A DNA stretch of 64,000 nt from the human T2T-CHM13v2.0 reference genome, Homo sapiens (GCF_009914755.1 NC_060935.1); one strand, 5' to 3'. Counted from the stretch's first letter, positions 13,228 through 28,029 are shown. The notes: a model not told the origin generated them from the sequence alone. Numbers and translations: made by a program.

Positions 13228-15650
13228 GACTTCCAGTTTCAAAATGGTGGCATGAAAGCAAGCTGGCTTCATTCCCCCCACAGAATACCAAAAACAAATA
13301 TGCAGATAAAGGCTATATATGACAAACTTACAGCTAACATCATACTAAATGGGGAAGAATTGAAAGCCTTTCCTCCAAGATCTGGAATAAAATAAGGATG
13401 CCCATTTCACCACTTTTATTCAACATAATACTCGAAGTCCTGGCCAGAGCAATTAGGCGAGAGAAAGACACAAAAGGGCATCCAAATTGGAAAGGAAGAA
13501 GTCAAATGAGCCCTGTTCACAGACGATATGATCTTATGCTTAGAAAACCCTAAAGACTCCACCAAAAAACTGTTAGAACTGATAAACAAATTCAGTAAAG
13601 TTTCAGGATATAAAAACATACCAAAACAAGTAGCATTTTTATATGTCAATAGTGAATAATCTGAAAAAGAAATCAAGAAAGCAATCTCATTTACAATAAC
13701 TACAGAGAATATGAAATACCTAAGAATCAATTTAACCAAAGAAGTGAAAGATATATACAAGGAAAACTATATATCTCTGATGAAAGAAATTGAAGAGGAT
13801 AAAAAAATGGAAAGATATTCCATTCTCATGTATTGGAAGAGTTAATATTATTAAAATGACAATACTACTCACAGCGATTTACAGATTCAGTGTGATCCCT
13901 ATCAAAATGCCAATGACATTCTTCAAAGAAATAGAAAAAAAACTATTCTAAAATTTATATGCAAACACAGAAGACCCTGAATAGCCAAAGAAATCCTAAG
14001 TAGAAAGAACAAAGATGGAGACAGTATACTACCTGACTTCAAAATATACTACAAAGCTATAGTAACCAAATCAACATGGGACTGGCATAAAAACAGACAC
14101 ATAGACCAATGGAACAGAATAGAGAACCCAGATATAAACCAATGCATTTACAGCCAATTAATCTTCGATAACCACAATGAGATACCACTTCACACCCACT
14201 AGAATGACTAAAATTAGATATATTGAAAATAATGTATTTTCAAGAATATACAATAGGGAAAGGACAGCCTCTTCAATAAATGGTGCTGGGAAAACTGGTA
14301 ATTACGTGTAGAAGAATAAAACTAGACTCCTATCTCTCACCAAACAAAAATCAAATAAAAATTGATTGAAGACTTAAATCTAAGACAGGAAACTATGAAA
14401 CTACTAAAAGAAGACATTAGGGAAATACTCCATGACTTTAGTCTGAGCAAAGATTTTTTTGTGTAAGTTCTCAAAAATACAGGCAATCAAAGGAAAAATA
14501 GGTAAGTGGGATCATATCAAGCTGAAAAGCTTCTGCACAGCAAAGAAAAGAATCAACAAAGTGAAAAGATGACCCACAGAATGCAAGAAAATATTTGCAA
14601 ACTATCCATATGACAAGGAATTAATAACCAAAATATATAAGGAGCTCAAAAAACTCAATAGTAAAAAAAAATAATTTGATTTAATAATGGCCAAAAGATC
14701 TGAATAGACATTTCTCAAAAGAAGACATACAGATGGCCAACAGGTATATGAAAAAAAATTCAGTATCACTAATCATCAGAGAAACGCAAATCAAAACCGC
14801 AATCAGATATCATCACATTCCAGTTAAAATGACTTTTATTTAAAAAGACAGGTAATAATGGATGCTGGCAAGGATTTGGACGAAGGGGAACCCTCATACA
14901 CTGTTGGTGGGAATGTAAATTAGTATAGCACCTATGGAGAACAGTATAAAGTTTCCTCAAAAAACTAAAACTAAAACTATGATATGGTCCAGCAATTCCA
15001 CTACTGGGTATATATCCAAAAGAAAGGAATCAATATATAAAAGAGATACCTGCACTCCTGTGTTTATTGCAGCATTATTTTCAATAGTCAAAATGTAGAA
15101 TCAACTTAAGTGCTTATCAGTGGACGAATGGATTAAGAAATGTGGTATATATACACAATGGAATATTATTCAGCCAGAAAAAATAAAAAATAAAAAATAA
15201 AATCCTGTCAGTTGTAGCAAATGGATGAAACTGCTAGAGGTCATTATGTTAAGTGAAATAAGCGAAGCACAGAAAGACAAATATTGCATGTTCTCACTCA
15301 TATGTGGGAGCTGAAAATGTGGATCTTATGAAGATAGAAAGTAAATTGGTGGTTACCAGAGGCTAAGAAGGATAGGGAGGAAGGGAGAATGAAGAGAAGT
15401 TGGTTAACGGGTACAAGTATAGTGTTTGGAAATATTACCTATTGTTCAACACTAGGTAACATATATGTATGATCTATTATACATTTCAAAATAGCCAAAA
15501 GAGAATAATTTTGTTTCTAGCATAAAGAAAAGACAAATATTTAAGGTGATGATACCTCAAGTACACTGATTTGATCTCTACAAATTATTTAAATGTACTA
15601 ATTTATCCTATGTACTCTGAAAATACATCTATTGTGGATCAATAAAAGAA
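13228..15650 (+). mobile_element. L1MA-class element: short 5' head fused to the 3' half of ORF2 plus 3' UTR
   Basis: ORF2 RT/C-terminal sequence from about 13306, L1MA-type 3' UTR, AATAAA near 15641; degenerate TSD agaaatgaagatctg / agaatttaaaatctg. Confidence 0.85.
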
Positions 15651-18600
15651 GAATTTAAAATCTGTGTGTATAAATGAGATTTGTATATGGTTCTTTTTCT
15701 ACTTGTTTTAAGGTTATACTATATTTATAATATAAATTGAGAACTTTATGAGTTGTTTAGAATAGTTTAAGTAATATTGGAAGTATCAGTTCTTTAAAGG
15801 TTAGAAAGAATTTAGCTGTGAAACTGGACCTGGTAAATCTTCAATTATTTTTCCACTCTCTTTTAGAGTACTTGGTATATCCAAGTTTCACTACTACTAC
15901 TTAGAAGTACTTTGTAGGTTATTTCAGTAATTTGTATTTTTCTAGGAAATCAGTTTCAACTTGTTTTATTATTACTAAAGGTAGTAATGTCCTACAGTTC
16001 TTTTTATCTCTTCTATATTCTGTTTATAATTCCTTTCTTATTTCTAAGCTTGTATAGTTTAGCATGCTCTCTATTTTTTGTCTTAACTCTGACTCACAAG
16101 TGATTTATTTTATTAGCATTTAAAAATATTGGCTTTTGGATTTATTATTCTTTTCATACATTTTTCTTAATTTTATTATTTTTAGTTTCATCAGTTAATT
16201 TTCTCTTTCTGCTGTTTTATTTGGTTATCCTTTCTCAATGAAGAAAATTTATTGAAATGAAGAAAACTTTATCATATCTATTATATATTAAAATTTCATA
16301 ATTAGGAAAAAATCCATAATTAGTTAATTCTTTCTGAAATAATTGGAATGCATAAATATAAAATTAAATAATTGGTGCTGAAATTTTACGTCAGGCAACA
16401 GAAACAAGATATTTACATCATTATTTTTGTCTTCTAAAATATGTGCTGTTTGGAAAATATTAAAATAATAACTTTTTCCTTTCTACAAGGAAATTACTGA
16501 TCTTCAGGTTGGTTATTTCTAACCAATTATAGCTTTGAGAATCTTTCTGCTTGACTACCTATGAAGCTGCCTGCTCATTTCCACTTAGAGAATGAAAGTT
16601 TACCACAGGCAGCCACCCAGTTCTAGGAATGCATGGGGTTATGCAGCTCCCATTTGGGGAATGTACTGATGGGACTAACTACCTGGTATCTAAGGTTTCC
16701 TGGGTGTCAGTGAGGGACGTAGAATAGTGGAGAAAAGTGAAGGGTTTTCTCTTATTCTGCTCTTGGGTAGCTAACAAATAATCAAGCTTATCGTCGTAGG
16801 CTTTTTAATGTCATATTTACTTAGTCCTTCAATTGTATTATTAATTTTTCTTTTATTTAAGAAAGTTGTAATAAAATCAGATTTAATTAGAACTCAGAAT
16901 CTGTGGTAATTTTTAAGAGGACTAATTTGCTTTTCACCATCCGTAAAGTTTTCTAAATAAAATAGTAACATAAAAAATTAGTACCCTTACAATGATTAAA
17001 ACATCCATTTACGTACTGAAAATTAACATACCAACTACAAAACATCATTAAAGCCAGTCTTTCTGTCAAAATGCTTTTTTAGCATAATTGTTACTGTTAA
17101 ATATGCATAAGAAGAAAAACCATACATGCAAAATATTATTTAGACACTTCAGTAATTAAGCCAGCCTCATCCTAATCTGTTGAAGTAAATGAGCACCAGG
17201 AGGTTTTGCCATTTCAAGAATAAAGAAATGGATTAAAACTATCAAACTCTAAAATTTTGAAAGAAAACAAAAGTTGAGTAAATGGGTAAAAAGAATCCAT
17301 TAGAAACACAAGAGGTGGGGGTGGATATATTCCTGAAATCATTAGAAATGCATTTAAGAAAAATATTAAATTAAATGAGAGGGACCCAAAAAAGGGTTTT
17401 GTAAAGGAAAATGTACTCTTAAATGTAAAACATGCAAATACATTACCTGTGTAATTCTTTTAGTTCATGCTCACAACACTTATTTAATTATGGTACATTT
17501 AGGAAATTGCAGGGTTTTAAAAATCATTATTATCATTCTTAATTACTTTAAACCAACATTGGATAAAAAAAATCACAGATTAAATCTAATTTTATAGGAA
17601 AAGCTTAAACAAAATTTTAACTAAGCAGCCGACCATCAAGAATTCTGTACTTTGACTGGTAGATATCTTATTAAGAGTCAAATTTTGAGTCTTATTCTCA
17701 ACCCTTTTCAACCAGGTCTGCCCATATGGTTATTTTTCCTTATGGAGGGAAAAAATGTATAAGACCCTGCCTCCTTTATTTTTATCACAAATCTACTCTA
17801 ATTTTAGAATAAGCACTCCTTTATCTTCTAAAGCAAGAGACTACAGATTGCTCTTTTATCTGCATTTATGCCTCTCAAAAAGAATAAATGTTGAGAAATC
17901 CTAAAGGCAGAGCTTAATAAGCAGAGAAATACCTTCAATGGCCTTCCTTTTTCAAAGAGCACCTTGGTCAGTAGCTTTAGAAGCATATAACCTTCCCTGT
18001 ATTGATTTGTGGAAAAGTTTGCCCTCCTGAAGCATTTTCTTCCATTCAAAAATGAGACTTTGCTACATATTTACTAAACCTCCATAATAGGTAGTAAGCG
18101 GAAAATGTAGTAAGCAGATTTGGCCTTTGAAGCAAAAAATGAAATATGTAAACATTTTAATACCTAATATGTATGTATTTCTGCACTTATTTATTACTAT
18201 TGATACTAATATGACAGTATGTAAATAATTTTCAATGTGCAATTAGTCAAAAATTTTACAAAACTTAGGATGATTTTATGGGATGCCTTTATGAAAGGCA
18301 CTCAAAGCTTTAAGCTTAGGAACTTAGTTCTAAGCTGTAATCATTCATTGTTTTATAGACTTTGAACCATAGATATTTGGAGCTTCGAAAAAGATGTTTT
18401 ACTCAGGTTATTTTTGTATGCTAAAATATTACCGTTTTGAAAACATAGAACTATTGTTTAAACAGCAGCTACACAACTCACGTATATTCGAATCTGAGGA
18501 GTAGAAAGAACTGTGTAAAATCATTTAGAGCATTTTTCATGAGTTTTTATTGTGAGAATATATCCTATTTTTTAAAATTCTGTGAAAAGTTTAGATACTC

Positions 18601-18759
18601 CCTAGGAAACTTCTTATGTTTAATTGAAATGGCCTCAGCTAATCTTTATTCTTACTCTAAACCTCTCATTTTGTAATTTAGACATGCTTCATATTCTATT
18701 CTGAGGACACACTAAAATTGAGTGTCTCCTACCAGGTAGTGAAACTTCATAAGGAAGAT

Positions 18760-19755
18760 ACATTGCTCAGAATTGTGTAGAACTGGCACAATCTCAACTG
18801 TAAGATCAGTAAGATGGAATGATCTGGAATCAGACCGCAATCTATATTAATTTAGTATATAATTTGCTGAATCATCCAACAGTGGAGAATAGATATTTTC
18901 ATCAATATGTGATTAGAACAATTACAATAATTACTAACTTTAAGTCTTTTCTCATTTTGTACAAAATTAATACCAAATAACTAAATAATTAAATGTAAAA
19001 TAATGAAATTATAAAACAAATAGAAGAAAATACAAGTGAATATTAGCTTTTAGGATGAAAAGAAAAAATATAAAAGCAAGGAAGAAGTCACAAGGGAAAA
19101 AGACTGACAGATTTCATTAAATAAAAATTGTAAAAAACTTTGTGTATAAAATATATCACACACTAAAATTAAAACTTAAAATCACATGGAAAACATATTT
19201 TCAACTAACTTAAGAAACAGTAACTTAGGATTAGTACACCTAATGTAAAAAAAATTCCTTCAAATTAGTAAGAAAAACACAGACACCCTAATGAGAAAAT
19301 AAGCTAAGGATACAAATAACACAGACACCCTAATGAAAAAATAAGTTAAGGACACAAATAGACAATTGACAAAAGATAGAGTAAAATTTGCCAGGAAACA
19401 TATATATTCTACTTCACTAATAGCTAAATAAAAGTTACTATTTTTATCTATCAAGTTGGCAAATTTAACGAAATGGTAATATTGAATGGTTGTGAGTGTA
19501 GTAACACAGGCTCCTTAATACATTAGTGGTGGGTATTTATGAGATTGAAATGTATAAGATTTATAGGGGAGGGGGCTGGACATTTTAAAATCAAGGTCTT
19601 CAACAACATTCACACAATTTAACCCAGTGATCCCACTCCTTGGACTCTAGCTAAAGAAATATAGAACAAGATTTATGTATAAGGAAATCAACACAGTGTT
19701 AATTATTTTGAAAAAAAAACTGAATTCAACAATAGAAGAATGGTTAAATGAATTT
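18760..19755 (+). mobile_element. Decayed L1M ORF2/3' fragment with an internal 42-bp tandem duplication (19276-19359)
   Basis: A-rich L1-like motifs (aacccagtgatcccactccttgg); aacacagacaccctaatga(g/a)aaaataag(c/t)taagga(t/c)acaaat occurs twice. Confidence 0.6.
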
Positions 19756-19774
19756 ATTATTTAAATAAAAATTT

Positions 19775-19973
19775 CTATGTTTAGGTATGTTCAGATACAC
19801 AAATACTTATACAAGTTTGTAGCCTAGAAACAATAGGCTTTACCTTACAGCCTACGTGTGTAGTAGGCTATACCATCTAGGTTTGTGTAGACACACTGTA
19901 TGATCACATGATGAAATCAGCTGATGTCACCTTTTTCAGAATGTGTCCCCATAATTAAACAACACATGACTGT
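19775..19973. mobile_element. Tigger3-family (MER7-like) DNA transposon fragment
   Basis: gtgtgtagtaggctataccatctaggtttgtgt and terminal cacatgactg followed by TA; inverted homologue of the element at 51781. Confidence 0.8.
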
Positions 19974-20328
19974 ATATTGATTATAATTTTCTAAGTAGGC
20001 ATACATTATAATTATATTGATACTTTATGTTGATATTGTATTTTCTACTGGTAGGAAAAAGACTAGAAAGATATAAATATAACTGTTAATAGCAGTTATC
20101 ACTGAGTGTTGGTAGTACGGAATATTTATTTTGTTCTTAATACCTTATATTTTCTATAATGACATATATATGATTTTATGTGCCCATATATTAATACATG
20201 CCCATCTTAATCAGAAGAAAATTCTTTTAAAATTTAAATGCATGTTATTTCCAGTTCCATTATTAATCAACACTAGAAGGTATATCCTATGAACACAAAA
20301 AAACTTGAAATCTAGCTAATTGGTTCTG

Positions 20329-20407
20329 TTAGGTTGGTGCAAAAGTAATTGCAATTTTGCCATTGAAAGTAATGGCAAAAACCGCAATTACTTTTGCACC
20401 AACCTAA
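20329..20407. mobile_element. MADE1 (Hsmar1-derived MITE), palindromic
   Basis: ttaggttggtgcaaaagtaattgc...gcaattacttttgcaccaacctaa, perfect 24-bp terminal inverted repeat. Confidence 0.95.
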
Positions 20408-20732
20408 ATAGATACAGAGAGCAACAATGCATAGAGTAAACCTTTTCTGTTTTGGGGCATGAGCAATATTGTATGTATTGCACCATCCAACAGTGGGGAT
20501 GATGCAATACATACATCATTGCAAATGTGTTCCACAACAGCTACCTCTGGGTATCTGCTTGTTGTGAGGAGGTGAGGGGGTGGAAAGGAGCATTTAGAAA
20601 GTGAGCAAGAGTACAGCCACATCACTTGGCTCAAATGAAAGGGCCTTTCCAGCACAAGTCTCCAAACACACAGAAAATATGCATTACTTATAAGGGGCAG
20701 TTTATTCAATGATAGTTTATTTTATTCTCTAG

Positions 20733-20929
20733 AGTATGGACTTCACTAACAGGGAACAGTCAAGGCATACATCTATTAATAAACTGCAATATGAGAATGA
20801 AAGGCTCCGAAATGATCTTGCAAAACTTCATGTCAATGGAAAATCAACCTGGACTAATCAAAACACCTATGAAGAAACAGGAAGATATGCCTATCAAAGC
20901 CAAATAAAAGTGGAAAAAAATGAAGAGAG
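20733..20929 (+). CDS. DEUP1: DEUP1 coding exon SMDFTNREQSRHTSINKLQYENERLRNDLAKLHVNGKSTWTNQNTYEETGRYAYQSQIKVEKNEE(R)
   Basis: ttctctag|AGT acceptor, AG|gtatgc donor; 197 nt, phase 0 to 2; overlaps ORF 20736..20951. Confidence 0.94.
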
Positions 20930-21329
20930 GTATGCTGGCTCCATTATATAAGGGCATAAGTTTAAAAACATGTAATTAAAATTTATTTTTAAAGAATTCA
21001 AATTATAACTTTATACGCTTTCTCTTCTGTGGTTTAAAATTTATAATGATAATGCAGTAGATGAGTAGATAATGTAGGCTAGATACATTGCTTTATAAGA
21101 AATTGTGTCGATTTGAAATGCGTGGAGTGTTACAGTGGATTTTAGTTTGTTAGTCATCTCAGATCTTTTTGGAAGCTGAGGTGGTATACAAAACATACAG
21201 ATAAGTAATTTTACTTTTGATGTCATGGGAACAGAGAAAACTAGATTTTAATAGGTATATTGTTCAAACAAAATAGAAAATGTAGGAACATGTCACTTTT
21301 CACCTACCTTCAATAATAGATACACTTTC

Positions 21330-21658
21330 TTTTTTTGTTGTTTTTGTTTTTTGGGGTTTGTTTGTTTGTTTGTTTTGAGATGGAGTCTCGCTCTGTCACC
21401 CAGGCTGGAGTGCAGTGGTGTGATCTCGGCTCACTCCAACCTCTGCCTCCTGGGTTCAAGTAATTCTCATGCCTCAGCCTCCCAAGTAACTGGGACTACA
21501 GGCCCCCGCCACTACACCCGGATAATTTTTGTATTTTTAGTAGAGACAAGGTTTCACTATGTTGGCCAGGCTGGTCTCTAACTCCTGACCGCAAGTAATC
21601 CACCCACCTCAGCCTCCCAAAGTGCTGGGATTACAGGCGTGAGCCACCACACCCAGCC
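21330..21658 (-). mobile_element. Alu (AluS-type)
   Basis: (TTTG)n tail, antisense body, TSD aatagatacactttc. Confidence 0.96.
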
Positions 21659-24600
21659 AATAGATACACTTTCCATTGACATTCTAGCAGTGGCAACAAA
21701 TTATTGGTCATTTTGTAGAGAAGGAATCTATGGATGTATAAGAGGTTTTCTCCAAATGAAGAGAAGTGTATGGAAAATCATTATCGGCTGTCCACATTAT
21801 TCCCATACTCTGTAAAAGGTCTTATTCAAAATTAAAATCTATCAAGCATAAAAATAGGCTAAGTTATTCAATTTTAATAAAAGATTTATGGAGTCATAAG
21901 TCTCTGAAAGCCTTTTACTGTTTTCCCAAACTTGGAAAATGCTGAACAAAATAAGCAAGTTTACTTTATACAATATTTCTCAGAGCCATTAATATGTTAA
22001 CTTACACTGTGATTGTCCAACAAGGGATATTGTATGCAGCACTCCCCAGACATATTTGATATCAATTTATTATTTCATTTCATAGTGCCAAGAAACGGCA
22101 GATTAGTAGGTCCAGACCCAACTTCATTGCAACATTTGCTCATAAGCTCATAATAGTTAGCATGAAAAACCTTCTATTTTGTTGTTACATAACAGAAATA
22201 ATATTCACAGCCCTGGAAAATTTTCTTAACCTTTGTCACCCTCGATTTTCTATCTGACAAACAAGGTTAATAATTGTAAGATTTTCATAAGGATTATAGG
22301 AGAAAAACCATACACAACTTGTAGTTCCATAAATGTTAACCATTATTACTAACAAAATTGTTAGTATTTATAATAATATTTCTCCCACAACTTATGGTAC
22401 ATAAAAAGTATATTTGGGCAAATAGACAAATGGCTGAATCTGACATAGCCTCAAAGATAGTTCTGTGGGGGAGAGGTGGTGCCAGACTCATCTTTTTAAG
22501 TAAGCATACTCAGCTCTACAGGTAGATAAATCCGTAGGTCCATGGGATATATTAAAAAAAAATGTTCAACATAAAACAGATGTTCAACATTCTTATGGGT
22601 ATAGTACAGCCCCGTCCTACTTTCAGCACCTCAGCCATGTGTATATTAGAAGGATATATTGTAGCCCCATGCAGGAAACAGTAACCATTCAAAAGTACCA
22701 AATTAATAAACCCTTTTCAGGTAAAGAAGCGAATGAAGGAGGACTGACTGCCATCCCTAAAAAGCATCATGGTGGGGTGCTGTGGTGGGGCGTTGGTAGT
22801 GACAGCAGCAGCAGGATAAAAGCAGTGTAGGAAGGATGAAAGAGGTCGCTGGGCATGGCCATGGACCAGTTCTCTGGTGAATGTGTCCATGTGAAGATCT
22901 GTCCAAAGGAGTGTAATCCTGATTTTGGTGTAAGAATATATGTTCTAATATGGAATAAATAAGCTTTACAGAGTACTTATGGATTCATTCTCCATTGGTC
23001 AAATTATGACTCCCATGTACTGTATATAGTTGCCTCATTGCGAGAGAAAAGCAAACCCATGAAGAACACTATAAAGGGTCACCTGCGTATGTTAGTCACT
23101 GATCTGTATTGAGCACCCACTGGGTACAGAACACTATTTCCTGTTCGTGCTAGTTGAGAATAACTTTGAAAGCTTTAGATGGAGATACCAGGTGTTGTTA
23201 TTTAAACAAAAAGACAGTTACTCTGCCTTTTATTATTTTTAGAAAGTATTTTTATTGTTTGGGTTGCCCCCTTTTTTCTCTTTGTCAGGCAGTACAGAAT
23301 GTGTTAAAAGTATCTAACAAAAACAAGACAGTAGGGGACACAAAAAGCAACATAAGAGGTAAAATGCTCAGCAGGAGATTATCCTAATAAGCAGTTTAGG
23401 CTGCTATTCCTGCTGCAAAGCCTTGTGTCCTGCCAGTTTCATTTGTTGAAAGTTTCATTAAATTTGTTTTAATGCCTTGTCTGATTTCAGTGTTTTCCAG
23501 TGACCTGTTTTTTAAAAGAAACAGTATTTCAAATGTTCTGAATAAATTATTACCATGTAAATCCTACTGTGGGGAAAGAGTTGTTGAGATGCAAGGACAC
23601 TGTGAACTCACCAGTGAAGAGCTGCAAAGCAGATATCTCTCTGTTAATGCTAGCAACTGAAAAATGAAATCATCTTTTTTTCCCTCACAACACAGCTCAG
23701 TGAAGTGAAACAGTAAAAAACTATGTATGTATATTTGTTAGGCATAAATTAATCAAAAACATACAAAGTATCTTTACATATCAATGGCTAATGCAGTGAG
23801 GTCTTGTTAAAGTATTTGAGGAAGGAAAAAGCATTTAGATAAAAGTGTATGAAGAAAATGTTCCACAAAATGTTAAGATTCATAGTCTAATTTTAAGGCA
23901 ATTCTTACTTTTAACTGAGGAAGACTTATATAATACATTCTTAACCTTTTATTCACTCTGAAGCAACTCGGTTTTGTTGTTTTTAATGCTCACTCACTTA
24001 AAATGTGAAGCATTTTAGGATATTCTAAAGCATTTGCTTTCTAGTAAGACGGCTACTTAGCACTTTCTTAAAAAATATGAGTGAGAGGTGATTGAATTTG
24101 GTGTGGATGTTTTAAATATTGTTTTTAAAAGTTAGAGTTTTGAAGTTTCAGGATAATTTACAAGCTAATTTGGAGTAGTGGTATCCAGAGCTATTAATAT
24201 GTAACTAATTTTAATGACAAATCAATTTTGTAATAAATGGAGTTTTATCTCTATATAAGACACATACTTAAAAATGAATTTATGATTTTAAAAGTTGTAT
24301 CATGTACTAGACAGATTTTAGCAGTCAAACAATCATTAAAATGGCTTCAAGTCTAGCTAATAAATTAAGAGTTTCTAATACTAAAAAACCACAGTCAGCA
24401 GGTTTGTAATAACCACTCACAAGATCTCTTGTCAAGGAATGAATAGACATCTAGAAGCCTGAATCTGAGAATGTTTGTACTGTGGTTTTGCTCAATAAGG
24501 AGCAAAACATAGGTTGACAGTTCTAGTACAGGAAACAATGAGCAGTTCATGGAATAGGGAGTTTAGTGGAGTGTTGGAAGGTGAGGCTGGAAAAAGGTAA

Positions 24601-25730
24601 AGAAGGAATCTTGCTCCATGCTAAGGACATTATCCTATGGCCAAGGGGAATATTAATGGAGGGACAGGACTGGATGTACATGTCCAACAAAGCTGAAAAT
24701 TGTGAAGTGTTGACTCAAGTCTCAAGTGGACAGAGTTCTGTTCCCCAGCAAAGCAACTGGGGCCTGCTATCCTGGTGAAATCACGCAGCAGCCTTGGAAT
24801 AGGCCTGTGGAAAAGATCATTGAACAGATCAGCTTGTGAGAGGATATTAAAAGCCTTCCAAAATCATTTTTAAGATAGCTTTTAAATTGATATGCATAGC
24901 ACTTTATGCAAGGTGGTTTTATGAAGTATTTGAATAGCTGTATTCTTGAAGAAGAACTTGTCAGATATAAAGGTGATTTAAAACAAAAGTACTTTACTTC
25001 ATAATGTCGTCTCTACATTTTATTGATCTTACACTAAAAAGAATGTCCCTATATAAATGTTAGTAATTAACACCATAAAACTTTATCTGTACATCCAAAG
25101 CAAAATGGATAACTAAGATAATTATTTAGATAATTTAGCACAAATAATACTTTGCCTGAAATCTCTGTGAGATAACAGAGAGATATATACTTCTTGAATC
25201 GCTACTAATTTTTTTTCACCGTGCTTTGAAGTATAGACAGTAACCTCACTCAAAAGGTTCAGCTAAAGATTATATGCAGATATACTATGCAAATGTTATA
25301 ATTCTACTTGAATTGTGAGATGTTTCATCTTATGGTGCACATCATAAACCATGTTATTTCAGTTTAATTTGCTGTTCTGTTTCCATGGTAATTATAGTTT
25401 GGGAGAATGAGTAAAAAAAAAAGATACATCTCAAGATAAGCAAAAATGGAAAACATGTTGTATTTGTTTTTGTGTACTAATTTACAGATGCCTCACTTAA
25501 CTTTTAATGCTATTTGTATGCATAGCTTTGAAAATATGATTTGTATAATAAGAAACAAGTCTGTAAATTAGATAGTCTTTGGATAAGACCAGAGAAAAGT
25601 AATGTGAAAAATTTTTTAACTAGGTTAAATTAAACTATGAAGGCTTTGAAAAGGGCTAATCAATACCTGTGGAGAATTTGAACCATTAGTAAAAATAAAT
25701 AATTTCAAATTGAAGGGATTTTCGTTTTGA

Positions 25731-26042
<312 letters not shown>

Positions 26043-26730
26043 TCTTTGATGATTTTATTACATCTAAACCTCAGTTTCATGAAAGATATTTATTTAATCC
26101 CAAACAGCCCATACTTTTAGGACCTTTTTTGTAAAACTTTAGGATAAATTGGTTTGTTACATGTTTTCTTATTCATTTGCTTAGTCAACAAACCAAAATT
26201 CAAAATCTCAATGTTATTGTTTTCAGTCTCATTTTCTAACCTATGTTTTAGCACAAACAAATTCCATGCTGTATGACTTTCACTGAAATAGTGGGGTTTT
26301 TTAAGTCAAGAAAATCTGGATTTGAGTCCAAAATCTAAAGACATCACTTCCTAGCAATTTATTCTGATTTAAAAAGTAAATAATTAGATGAATAATTGAA
26401 CTTTTAAATCTTAGTCTCCTCATCTGTGGATAGTATCCAGCGTATTAGGGTTATTTTGAAGATCAGATTAGTTTAATAATAATAATACCTAATCTTTACT
26501 AAACATTTACTATGTGCCAGGCATTGTTTTCTAAGTGTTTTACATATATTAATCATTCAACTCTCATAACAACCCTTTTATAAGTGAGAAAATTAAAATC
26601 ACAGAGAGATAAAGTTACCTGCTCAAGATCACACAACTAGTAACTGGAGGAGCTTAGGAGATGGTGTAAATTGAAAGCATGTTTTAAATTATCAAAATCT
26701 ATAGAAATTAGAGTTATTCAAAGACTTGTT

Positions 26731-27040
<310 letters not shown>

Positions 27041-27500
27041 AGACTTGTTTAGCATAAAAAATAGTATAATTCTGTTAAGAAAGCCAGTGAGGTTAAGTGT
27101 AAAAGAGAATAGAAAAAGAGTATCTATTTAGAACTGTCAAGGGCAACAGTGTAATTACCTGTTTGGAGACTTTTCTCAAACTGCTTTACATTATTAAAAT
27201 AAATGACAAAGACATAGAAAAGTATAACACAGAAAGGGAAGCAATATAGGCAATAAGGATCGCAAAATATTTTTAACAGTTGTTAAGTTTTCTGCTTCAT
27301 TTTTAATCATTCTAAGTCCTTTAAATGAAATAGAAATTATTCATCAGGAAAGTCATATTCAAAGAAACACCCAGGTAACAAGCCCAAACATTTTGTTGTG
27401 CTTTCCCCCTACTTGGACATCTGAGAGATTAAAATCCTTAGCTACATAAATAAACATGTGTCCTTGATAGCAACAACAACAACCATTTCTTCTCTTTTAG

Positions 27501-27615
27501 ACTTAGTCATGACTGTGAGCCAAACAGAAGTACAATGCCTCCCTTGCCACCTTCGACATTTCAAGCCAAAGAAATGACAAGTCCTTTGGTTAGTGATGAT
27601 GATGTATTCCCACTG
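27501..27615 (+). CDS. DEUP1: DEUP1 penultimate coding exon (R)LSHDCEPNRSTMPPLPPSTFQAKEMTSPLVSDDDVFPL
   Basis: cttttag|A acceptor, CTG|gtgagt donor; 115 nt, phase 2 to 0, matching the previous exon. Confidence 0.94.
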
Positions 27616-28029
27616 GTGAGTTGCTGGTTGTGGGCTTTTTTTTTCTTTAATGGGTTATTGCTTTACTCTTACACTGATGTCAATAAACTGACGTACATAG
27701 TAGTTCGTTTGTTTTTAATCTCACTCCTTGAATAGGACTCCAAGATGGGTCTGCGAGTCATTTGGCCATACCTATCTACAGAAGGAAAAGATATCCATAA
27801 TATTTCCTAAAGTGTTTCAGTCAATGATTATTAACCTCTAATGCAGGCCAGAATTACTGGAGATGGTGTTTTTTAAAAAAAATGCGAGTGCTTGGGACTC
27901 ACCCTTCAATATTCCATGAGTCCTCAAGGATCCGTATATTTTAAAGAGCTACAGTGATCTTTTGGACTGGTTTAAAACATCTTTTCTATTGACTCTGCCA
28001 TAAGTGTAGACACAGGTACAAATCATAAA

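Noticed and set aside
17190-18170. Faint transposase-like peptide (IPEIIRNAFKK) and a 73-aa ORF in AT-rich intron
   Set aside because: Too short and degenerate to support; needs a Dfam/tBLASTn search.
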